Origin: Promethearchaeia archaeon
GTDB lineage: Archaea > Asgardarchaeota > Lokiarchaeia > Sigyniarchaeales > SOKP01
Assembly: GCA_029856125.1 (NCBI GenBank)
Contig: JAHQWJ010000034.1
Coordinates: 1-47,129 of the forward strand
DNA: 47,129 bases
Reading direction: 5' to 3'
Shown here: in pieces, positions 10,397 to 18,712 of the stretch
Numbering within the stretch: the first letter of the stretch is position 1
Layout of the letters: each line of letters begins with the position of its first letter
The notes under the pieces: generated by a model
What the model was told of the DNA's origin: nothing
The model's input: only the letters and a program-made list of their open reading frames with translations
Database searches by the model: none
Program-made: the position numbers and the translations under genes

Positions 10397-10410
10397 TTTT
10401 TTTTATTTTT
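10397..10410 (+). terminator. Probable oligo(T) terminator of the thermosome gene
   Basis: T-run (T8-A-T5) about 20 nt after the stop codon. Confidence 0.4.
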
Positions 10411-10541
10411 ATTAATCAAAACTTATTATTTGTGATTATTTATTGGTATTTCTTGGATTTAGAAAGACTTTTAATACCTATTGATTTATGTTATTTTCTA
10501 TAATAAAAAATTTGAATTGACATATTTATTCATGATTTGAA

Positions 10542-12434
10542 ATGGATTTAAATGAAGAATTTGCAGTAGCTATTGGTACAGACTTAATATCTCAACAAGA
10601 TATCGAAAAATTATTTGCTTTAAAGAATGATCACGTTTTAAAAATTATCAAGCAATTCGTAGATTTGTGTAAACCTAGTAAGTTAACCGTAATTTCTGAC
10701 TCTGATGAGGATATTAAATATGTAGTCCAGAAAACACTTTCTATTGGAGAAGAAAGTAAACTCAATGTAAAAGGGCACACAGTTCATTACGATAGCTTCT
10801 ATGATCAAGCAAGGGATAAAGGAAACACTAAAGTTTTAATCCCAAAAGGAGAATATCGGAGTCCTTGGATTAATACGATGGATAGAGATGAAGGGCTTGA
10901 AGAAATATTAGAAATTATGGATGGGTGTATGAAAGGGAAAGAATGTTTAGTAAGATTTTTTTGCCTTGGACCTATTAAATCTAAATTTACTATAGGTGCT
11001 CTACAACTTACGGATTCATTCTATGTTGCTCATTCTGAAGATATTTTGTACAGAAAAGGATACGAGGAATTCAAAGATTTAAATGGGTCTAATAACTTCT
11101 TTCATTTTATACACTCTGCTGGAGAGCTTGTTGGTAATCCTCCAGTTACTAAAAACATTGAAAAAAGGCGAATATATGTAGATCTGCAAGAATCACGGGT
11201 TCTATCTGTCAATAATCAATACGCGGGTAATTCTCTTGGGTTAAAAAAGTTAGCTTTAAGATTAGCAATATGTAAGGCAAGTAACGAAGGTTGGTTGACC
11301 GAACACTACTTTATTTTAGGAGTTCGCCCGAAAGGTAAAAACAGGGAGACATATTTTACTGGGGCTTTCCCAAGTGCATGTGGAAAAACTTCTACCGCAA
11401 TGCTTCCTGGACAACTAATTGTTGGAGATGATATCGCATATTTACGAGCTTGGGAGGATGGATTTGCACATGCTGTTAATATTGAGAAAGGAATTTTTGG
11501 AATTATAAAAGATGTGAATGCGAAAAACGATCCTGTAATTTATGAAGCTCTCACAACCCCAAGAGAATTAATTTTTTCTAATGTTCTCGTAAAAGATGGG
11601 AAACCCTACTGGCTTGGTATGGGTATTGAGCATCCTAAAGATGGTTTCAATCATTATGGACAATGGATCGATGGAATTTCTGATGAAAAAGGAAATATAG
11701 TACCTCTTGCTCATCCAAATGCTCGCTATACAATTAATCTTACCGATCTATCAAATTGTGATCCAAAATTAAATGATCCTAATGGTGTACCTATACATGG
11801 AATATTTTATGGTGGAAGAGATTCTGACACAATGCCTCCAATTCTAGAAAGCTTAAACTGGGAACAAGGGATTTTTTTAGGCGCTATTATAGAGTCTGAA
11901 ACGACTTCAGCAACTCTTGGGGCAACTGGCGTTAGAAAAGCAAGCCCAATGGCAAACCTCGATTTCTTAGTAGTTCCTCTCGGGAAATATTTAAATAATC
12001 ACAATATTTTTGGAAAAAAATTGAAACATTGCCCACAAGTATTCTCTACTAACTACTTTCTAAAAGGTAAAGATGGGAAATATTTAAATGCTATTTTAGA
12101 CAAAAAAGTTTGGGTTATGTGGTCGGAAGGGCGTACTAGGGGTGATTTTGATGCTATAGAAACTCCAATTGGTTATTTACCTAAATATGAAGACCTTAAG
12201 ACATTATTCAGAATAGAGCTAAATAAAGATTATACCAAAGAAGAATATATTGAGCAATTTACGCTAAAAATTAATTTTTTACTCGAAAAACTAAACCGCA
12301 TTGAGAAAATGTATAAAGCAGAAAAAGAAATTCCTAAGTTTTTCTGGAATATTCTTTATTTGCAACGATCAAGATTGAATGGTTTGTTAAAAAAAACTGG
12401 TAAAGAAGAAATTAATCCCTTTGATTTAATCTGA
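10542..12434 (+). CDS. pckG: Phosphoenolpyruvate carboxykinase (GTP)
   Basis: QYAGNSLGLKKLALR, WLTEH, GAFPSACGKTS, VGDDIA, HPNARY, FYGGRDSD, NYFL. Confidence 0.96.
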   Translation: MDLNEEFAVAIGTDLISQQDIEKLFALKNDHVLKIIKQFVDLCKPSKLTVISDSDEDIKYVVQKTLSIGEESKLNVKGHTVHYDSFYDQARDKGNTKVLIPKGEYRSPWINTMDRDEGLEEILEIMDGCMKGKECLVRFFCLGPIKSKFTIGALQLTDSFYVAHSEDILYRKGYEEFKDLNGSNNFFHFIHSAGELVGNPPVTKNIEKRRIYVDLQESRVLSVNNQYAGNSLGLKKLALRLAICKASNEGWLTEHYFILGVRPKGKNRETYFTGAFPSACGKTSTAMLPGQLIVGDDIAYLRAWEDGFAHAVNIEKGIFGIIKDVNAKNDPVIYEALTTPRELIFSNVLVKDGKPYWLGMGIEHPKDGFNHYGQWIDGISDEKGNIVPLAHPNARYTINLTDLSNCDPKLNDPNGVPIHGIFYGGRDSDTMPPILESLNWEQGIFLGAIIESETTSATLGATGVRKASPMANLDFLVVPLGKYLNNHNIFGKKLKHCPQVFSTNYFLKGKDGKYLNAILDKKVWVMWSEGRTRGDFDAIETPIGYLPKYEDLKTLFRIELNKDYTKEEYIEQFTLKINFLLEKLNRIEKMYKAEKEIPKFFWNILYLQRSRLNGLLKKTGKEEINPFDLI

Positions 12435-12481
12435 CTATTATCAAAGTATATGTAAAATTCTGAAATAAATAGCGGAAAACC

Positions 12482-13162
12482 CTATATCAAGAGTTTTAAT
12501 CCATGTTTTACTTTGTAAGTCCGTTTTAATCTATCTAATTCAATAAATCGTTTTATCTCAAGATTATTTAATAAGTCCCTCATTTCAACAGGATTTTTAT
12601 TTAGTTTTGCTGATAAACCCTCGATATCAGTTTCATATGAGCGAAGCACCGTAAGCAGAGAAGAGTAATGATCAAATATTTGATTTACAAGATATTTGAG
12701 AGCTTCGTTCAAATTTTCTCCCGTTCGGGTACTTGTTGGAAAAATCACTGCGTCGTCTCTTAAATAATTTTGGGATCTTACTACTTCGTCATGTCTAGAT
12801 CCGGCCATATCTTGTTTATTTGCCAAATAAACTATAGGTGTGTCAAGCCCTATAGATTTTCGAAGAGAATTTAGAATAATTATTGCGTCTTCATCTCTTT
12901 CTGGGTGAGCCGCATCAAATAAAAAAACAAGGCCATCAGAACCTCGGACTATTACATCTCTCATAACGTTAAATCTTAATAAACCAGGGGTGCCAAATAA
13001 AAAGACATCAAATCCATTTAATTTTACGCTTCCTAAGTCCATTCCAACGGTATAATATTTATTATCTCTGGCTTTAGCTTCCACATTTAGCGCCTTATCA
13101 TCAAAATATTTAATAAAACTCGATTTACCGCTTTGGGTTGGGCCTGATACTGTAATTTTCAT
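12482..13162 (-). CDS. MglA/CvnD-like small GTPase with C-terminal winged-helix domain
   Basis: GPTQSGKSS, TVGMDLG, LFGTPGLLRF, ANKQD, TSTRTGEN; C-terminal helix-helix-wing pattern (LSAKLNKNPVEMRDLLNNLEIKRFIELDRLKRTYKV). Confidence 0.85.
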   Translation of the reverse strand: MKITVSGPTQSGKSSFIKYFDDKALNVEAKARDNKYYTVGMDLGSVKLNGFDVFLFGTPGLLRFNVMRDVIVRGSDGLVFLFDAAHPERDEDAIIILNSLRKSIGLDTPIVYLANKQDMAGSRHDEVVRSQNYLRDDAVIFPTSTRTGENLNEALKYLVNQIFDHYSSLLTVLRSYETDIEGLSAKLNKNPVEMRDLLNNLEIKRFIELDRLKRTYKVKHGLKLLI

Positions 13163-13439
13163 GATTGTTAGCTCTGTATTTAAACAAACTTTACCAAATG
13201 AAGCTCTTGCCGGATTACAATTGAAATAGTTTTTATTACTTGATTATTAATTTAATTAGCTTTTATTTAGCATTAATATATAGATAATATAATTCTATGC
13301 TATAGAAAAAATAATTTAGCAGATAAAAATCACTCATAGGTTATAAAGAATGGATTTTAAGTAGCCAAAAAATTGGTTTTGTTCTGTTTTATGTTAGTAA
13401 AATCTAGTAAACAAAAAACTCTGAGATTGATTTTAAAAC

Positions 13440-14594
13440 CTATCTATATTCTTCTGCTCTTCTTGATTTTCTGTTGCTAAAACTAATAATTTGAGCAATC
13501 ATTTTAGATTTTTCGACAGACGTATTTAATTCAACAGGTTCCCTAATATATCCTTTATTTAAAGCAAGGTTATATATTTTCTCTCCAGCCTCAGTGCGAA
13601 TTAATGTTGTTGTTAATCCTTGTTTAGAGGCTATGCCCCCAAAAGAAATATCTGAGTAATAATTAGTAAAGTTTTCACATACCCTACATGCATTTCTCAT
13701 AACATCTTGTAGCTCTGAAAATTCTATTGTCAGCGGCTTATCCCTATTTTTGAGATTTATAATTAAGTTTTCCTTAATATTCATCTTTTCAATATCGTTA
13801 AAAGAAATGTGAAACCTTTCTTCGATTTTCGCTCGAACAACTTCGTCAAATTTAAAATTTTCATAACAAAAAAGACCTAAGGTGTACTCAACTACATGAG
13901 CCGGTATTATTTTTAATTCTTGCATTTTTCTTATGGAGTGAATTTGACAAGGAACCCCAACTACAGCAATTTTGATCTTGTCTGTCTGAACCACCCTTTT
14001 TAACTCTGTAATTGTAGGAACGAAAGTGTTATATTTTCCTAACTCTGAAACAGGACCTTCTATGTTATAGTTCGTTCCTATCGCATCTATAATATCTTGC
14101 TTATTTTTAGCAAAGAAAGGAGTTCTTTGAAAGGGACCTACTTTTTTTGATACAATCGCTGCATCAATTAAATTGTTTTCTAATAAGGCAATTAATATTG
14201 CTGTAACCACTCCTCCATCAGTAGCAAACTGTTGTATCTGAGGATCGCTAGCTTGAGCTGTGGCTATTTTAGTCCAGTTACCTATTGGGGGTTTGAAATT
14301 AAATTTCTCGTTTAATTCTTTGTCTAATTCGTGAATTTCGGGGCAGATTAAATAGCAAATACCACAATGTAGGCAATTATCTTCATTGGAATAATAAGGT
14401 AACCCACTTGCCGAGATATCAATGGCTCCTATTTCCGCAGCTGAACAAAAACTGACACATCCTCCGCATTCTCCACATATTCCCTTTTCATGAACTTCTT
14501 TAATAAGATCTTTAAACGATTTAGGTTTTACTTCATTTTCTTTATAGAATCGTTCTTCTGTCAAATCTCGGAACACTCGTAGTATCTTTTTCAC
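13440..14594 (-). CDS. Coenzyme F420 hydrogenase/dehydrogenase beta subunit family protein (FrhB/FdhB/FpoF-like) with N-terminal 2x[4Fe-4S] domain
   Basis: CGECGGCVSFC, CLHCGICYLICP, ATDGGVVTAIL, VVGVPCQI, GLFCYENF, ACRVCENF, DISFGG; GTG start. Confidence 0.92.
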   Translation of the reverse strand: MKKILRVFRDLTEERFYKENEVKPKSFKDLIKEVHEKGICGECGGCVSFCSAAEIGAIDISASGLPYYSNEDNCLHCGICYLICPEIHELDKELNEKFNFKPPIGNWTKIATAQASDPQIQQFATDGGVVTAILIALLENNLIDAAIVSKKVGPFQRTPFFAKNKQDIIDAIGTNYNIEGPVSELGKYNTFVPTITELKRVVQTDKIKIAVVGVPCQIHSIRKMQELKIIPAHVVEYTLGLFCYENFKFDEVVRAKIEERFHISFNDIEKMNIKENLIINLKNRDKPLTIEFSELQDVMRNACRVCENFTNYYSDISFGGIASKQGLTTTLIRTEAGEKIYNLALNKGYIREPVELNTSVEKSKMIAQIISFSNRKSRRAEEYR

Positions 14595-14780
14595 TTATTA
14601 ATTATTATTTATTTCGTAAGATTCAAAACTGCAAGTTAAACTTCTAATTGCTATAAATAAAAATAAGGTTATCAGTTATAAGATTACCCATCAAAATTAT
14701 TTTATTCAATGAAAAATATATAATTTTTACTTGATTTGGTGTATTTATTTTAATAGAATACATTTTTCAGTATTTTTTTA

Positions 14781-14794
14781 ATGATTATAATCAT
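14781..14794. promoter_or_regulatory. Perfect 14-bp palindrome ATGATTATAATCAT near the centre of the frhB/hdrA divergent promoter region
   Basis: Seen directly; core GATTATAATC recurs upstream of the second metV. Confidence 0.4.
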
Positions 14795-14967
14795 AAATTC
14801 ACACTTTTTTATTTAATTTAATAATAATTATATATATTATGATCGGTTATTATTATTTCATTAAAAAATATAATTAAAAACGTCAGAAAGAAGCGTTATT
14901 AACTTAAATGTCGTAAGAAATTCCACACTTTTTAAAAATTATCTTTGTTCGCATTTGGTGTAATCAT

Positions 14968-16263
14968 TTGACCAATAAAATTAAAAGTGTTATGGTAGTT
15001 GGGGCAGGTATTGCCGGGATCCAAGCCTCATTAGATTTAGCTGAAAGAGGCATAAAAGTTGAGTTAGTTGAGAAGAATGCGTGTATAGGAGGAAGAATGG
15101 CTCAACTAGACAAAACATTTCCGACGAATGATTGCTCGATTTGTATTTTAGCTCCAAAACTTGCAGAGTGTTCTCGACATCCCAACATAACTCTGCATGT
15201 GCTCTCTGAAGTTCAAAGTGTTGAGGGTTCTGCTGGAAATTTTACTGTAAAAGTCTTAAAACACGCCCGATATGTTAAAGAAGATGAGTGTATTAATTGC
15301 GGAATCTGCGTTGAAAAATGTCCAATGAGAGTAGAAGACGATTTTGATATGCAATTAAGAAAACGTAGGGCAATCTATATTGATTATGTTCAAGGTGTCC
15401 CAGCAATTATGTCTATTGATAAAGAAAAATGCCTATGGTTTACAAAATCAGCCTGTCGAATCTGTGAGAAAGTTTGTGAGAGAGAAGCCATAGACTTCGA
15501 ACAAGAAGATAAGGAAATAGAATTGAATATTGCATCTATCATTGTTGCCACAGGCTATGATGTTTTTGACCCTACAGCAATTAGTTATTTAGGATATGGA
15601 CGGCTCCCAAATGTTGTAACTTCTTTAGAGTTTGAGCGGATGATTAGCGCTTCAGGACCTCTTGGAGGGCATTTAACGCGACCTTTTGATCAAAAAGAAC
15701 CGAAAAATCTAGCTTTTATTAACTGCGTTGGTTCTAGGGATATAAAAAATAATCCTTATTGTTCTTCTTGTTGTTGTATGTATACAACCAAAGAAGCTAT
15801 GATTGCTTATGAACATAATAGTAACATTCGAACTTCGATATTTTATATTGATCTTAGAGCTGGTGGTAAGGGCTTTCGAGATTATATTCAAAGAGGATGC
15901 GACGATTATGCAATTACTTACATTAAAGGAAAAGTAGCAAAAATTTTGCAGGACGAACAAAGAAATCCAATTGTTTTTTATGAAGATACAGACACATTTG
16001 AGGTAAAACAGCCAAAATTTGACTTAGTTGTCTTAGCAACGAGTATGGTCCCTAAAAAAGACGCTGTAAGAATGTCAGAAATTTTAGGTATAAATGTAGA
16101 TGATTGTAATTTTTTCAAGAGTATGACCTACCATCCGCAAAAATCCTCTAAAGAGGGTATCTTCCTCTGTGGCACTTGTAGAGCGCCAATGGATATTCCA
16201 AACTCAGTAGTTGATGCAAGTGGAGCTGCAGCTAAAGCAGCTGAAATAGTGATGAGGGTATAG
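14968..16263 (+). CDS. hdrA: HdrA-like flavoprotein, module 1 (FAD domain with inserted ferredoxin)
   Basis: VVGAGIAG, LDKTFPTNDCSIC, two CxxCxxCxxxC motifs, EFER, CVGSRD, YCSSCCCMYTTK; TTG start. Confidence 0.93.
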   Translation: MTNKIKSVMVVGAGIAGIQASLDLAERGIKVELVEKNACIGGRMAQLDKTFPTNDCSICILAPKLAECSRHPNITLHVLSEVQSVEGSAGNFTVKVLKHARYVKEDECINCGICVEKCPMRVEDDFDMQLRKRRAIYIDYVQGVPAIMSIDKEKCLWFTKSACRICEKVCEREAIDFEQEDKEIELNIASIIVATGYDVFDPTAISYLGYGRLPNVVTSLEFERMISASGPLGGHLTRPFDQKEPKNLAFINCVGSRDIKNNPYCSSCCCMYTTKEAMIAYEHNSNIRTSIFYIDLRAGGKGFRDYIQRGCDDYAITYIKGKVAKILQDEQRNPIVFYEDTDTFEVKQPKFDLVVLATSMVPKKDAVRMSEILGINVDDCNFFKSMTYHPQKSSKEGIFLCGTCRAPMDIPNSVVDASGAAAKAAEIVMRV

Positions 16264-16267
16264 GTAA

Positions 16268-17935
16268 ATGACAAATGACGATATAAGAATTGGTGTATTT
16301 GTATGTCATTGTGGAACTAATATTGGGGGTATATTAGATGTTCCTTCGTTAGCAGATTATGCAAGAACTTTACCGAATGTAACTTATTCAGCTGATAATC
16401 TTTATACTTGTTCTGAAGTAGGATTAACTGACATTAAGGAAAATATAAAAGAGCACAAGTTAAACAGAGTTATCGTAGCTTCATGCTCTCCTAGAACTCA
16501 TGAACCTTTATTTAGATCTATTTGTCAAGAGGCTGGTATAAATCCATACTTATTCGAAATGGTTAATATAAGAGATCAGGATTCTTGGGTTCACATGAAA
16601 GAACCAGAAAAAGGAACGGAAAAAGCGAAGGACCTTATTAGAATGAGCGTCCATAAAGCAGCTTTACTTGAACCATTAGAAAGAGTAAAAGTTGCAATTA
16701 CGCACTCAGCTGTCATAATAGGTGGTGGAATTTCCGGGATGACAGCTGCGTTAAATTTGGGAAATCAAGGTTTTAAAATATATTTAATCGAAAAGGAACC
16801 AGAATTAGGAGGGCTCCTTAAGTCTTTAAATAAAGTATTTCCATCCAATGAGGATGCGTCAAAATTATTGGAGAGTAGAGAAATAATTGAATCTCACGAT
16901 AATATATATGTTTACAAATCATCAATTATAGAAAATATTACTGGATTTGTTGGAAATTATAAAGTTATTATAAAACAGAATAAGAAAAACATTGATATAG
17001 ATGCTGGGGTAATTATCGTTGCGACTGGAGCTATTCCTTTATCTCCGGAGGGCTATTTTGGATACGATAATAAAAATATTATAAGCCAGCTGGATTTAGA
17101 AAGTCTCCTAAAAAATGATCAAGTTAAAGCTAACAATATTACTATGATATTGTGCGTTGGATGCAGAAATGAGGAGAGAGGATATTGCTCAAATATCTGT
17201 TGTATGAACGCTATTAAAAATGCGATGTTAATAATCGAGAAAAATTCGAATGCTCATATTACAATATTGTTTCGAGATATACAAACACCTGGGACAGTAT
17301 ATGAAAATTATTATAGAAAAGCCAGAGAATTGGGTATTCTTTTTATAAATTATCTGCCTGAAAAGCCACCAGTTATTAAAAAAGATGTAGTAGATGTGTA
17401 TAGTGACTTATTGAATCAAGATATTAAAATACCGCAAGATCTCGTAGTTTTATCAACTCCACTGATTGCAAACGAGGATTCGGAAGTACTTGCGAAAATG
17501 TTAAAAGTACCATTAGGAGAAAATAAGTTCTATTTGGAAGCTCATGTGAAATTAAGACCAGTCGATTTTTCTACTGATGGTGTTTATGTTTGTGGGTCAG
17601 CACATTGGCCAGCAGATATTGCTGAAAGTACGAGTCAAGCAAATGCTGCCGCTTCGCGAGCTTCTACAATTTTATGGAGAGATCATTTGGAAGTAGAAGG
17701 GTCAACAGCAGAAGTTGAAACAGAATTATGTATTGGGTGCGAAGCTTGTATTAGAATCTGTCCCTACAACGCAATCACAAAAGATGAAGAAACAGATACA
17801 GCTATTGTGAACAAAGTAATGTGTAAAGGATGCGGATTATGTGGTGCAAGTTGTCCTAAAAATGCAATAATTATTCATCATTTTACAAGCGACCAAATAC
17901 GAGCAGAAATTTTCACATACGGAGGTGAAATATAA
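16268..17935 (+). CDS. hdrA: HdrA-like flavoprotein, module 2 (N-terminal Fe-S, FAD domain, C-terminal ferredoxin)
   Basis: RIGVFVCHCGTNI, ASCSPRTHE, NIRDQDSWVH, IIGGGISG, YCSNICC, EAHVKLRP, two C-terminal CxxCxxCxxxCP. Confidence 0.93.
   Translation: MTNDDIRIGVFVCHCGTNIGGILDVPSLADYARTLPNVTYSADNLYTCSEVGLTDIKENIKEHKLNRVIVASCSPRTHEPLFRSICQEAGINPYLFEMVNIRDQDSWVHMKEPEKGTEKAKDLIRMSVHKAALLEPLERVKVAITHSAVIIGGGISGMTAALNLGNQGFKIYLIEKEPELGGLLKSLNKVFPSNEDASKLLESREIIESHDNIYVYKSSIIENITGFVGNYKVIIKQNKKNIDIDAGVIIVATGAIPLSPEGYFGYDNKNIISQLDLESLLKNDQVKANNITMILCVGCRNEERGYCSNICCMNAIKNAMLIIEKNSNAHITILFRDIQTPGTVYENYYRKARELGILFINYLPEKPPVIKKDVVDVYSDLLNQDIKIPQDLVVLSTPLIANEDSEVLAKMLKVPLGENKFYLEAHVKLRPVDFSTDGVYVCGSAHWPADIAESTSQANAAASRASTILWRDHLEVEGSTAEVETELCIGCEACIRICPYNAITKDEETDTAIVNKVMCKGCGLCGASCPKNAIIIHHFTSDQIRAEIFTYGGEI
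17921..17927 (+). promoter_or_regulatory. Shine-Dalgarno GGAGGTG embedded in the hdrA 3' end, 8 nt before ATA 17936
   Basis: Full-consensus SD at canonical spacing to ATA 17936; too far from TTG 17957. Confidence 0.7.
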
Positions 17936-18712
17936 ATACCATTCGAACCTAAAATTTTGGGATTTTTATGTAATTGGTGTTCGTATGCTGGTGCTGATCT
18001 AGCAGGGGTGAGTCGAATTCAGTATCCTACCAATATTAGGATTATTCGAGTAATGTGTTCAGGTAGGGTTGATCCAACATTCGTTGCTGATGCTTTCCTG
18101 CATGGAATTGATGGAGTGCTTGTACTAGGTTGCCATTTAGGGGATTGTCACTACATAACTGGCAATTACGAAGCTGAAATAAAAATGAGTACGCTAAGTA
18201 GGTTATTAAGTATTGTGAAGTTTTCTGATAGAATGCGCCTTGATTGGGTTTCTGCTGCAGAAGGAAACCGATTTGCCCAAATAGTATCGGACTTTACAAA
18301 ACATATACAAGAATTAGGGCCATCTCCAATAAAAGAAAGTAAAAATAAAACTCAAATTATTGATGATCTCGAAGCTGTTAAAAGCGTTTTAGAGAGTACA
18401 CGACTTCGAGGTTTAACCGCTCGCCAAAGGGATTTAGTTACTGAAAAAAATGTATATGGGAATCAAATAACAGCCGAAAAGTTTGAAAATCTTCTTAATG
18501 ATGCCATCAATAACGAATTTTTTCGCCATAAAATAGTTATAAAAATAAAAGAAATTGGTAAATCCGTTCCGGATATAGCAAATGAACTTGGCATTAAAGC
18601 TAAGGAAGTCTTGGAGCATATCGTTGTTTTAAGATCGCGAGGCTTAGTGGATGTTTATGAAATTAACGAGGAAATTCCAACATTTATTTCAATTCAGGAG
18701 GGAAAAGAATGA
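17936..18712 (+). CDS. mvhD: MvhD/FlpD-type [2Fe-2S] subunit with C-terminal winged-helix extension; probable ATA start
   Basis: (M)PFEPKILGFLCNWCSYAGADLAG, RVMCSGRVDP, GCHLGDCHY..GN, WVSAAEG; the conserved FEPKI lies upstream of the track's TTG start. Confidence 0.88.
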   Translation: MPFEPKILGFLCNWCSYAGADLAGVSRIQYPTNIRIIRVMCSGRVDPTFVADAFLHGIDGVLVLGCHLGDCHYITGNYEAEIKMSTLSRLLSIVKFSDRMRLDWVSAAEGNRFAQIVSDFTKHIQELGPSPIKESKNKTQIIDDLEAVKSVLESTRLRGLTARQRDLVTEKNVYGNQITAEKFENLLNDAINNEFFRHKIVIKIKEIGKSVPDIANELGIKAKEVLEHIVVLRSRGLVDVYEINEEIPTFISIQEGKE

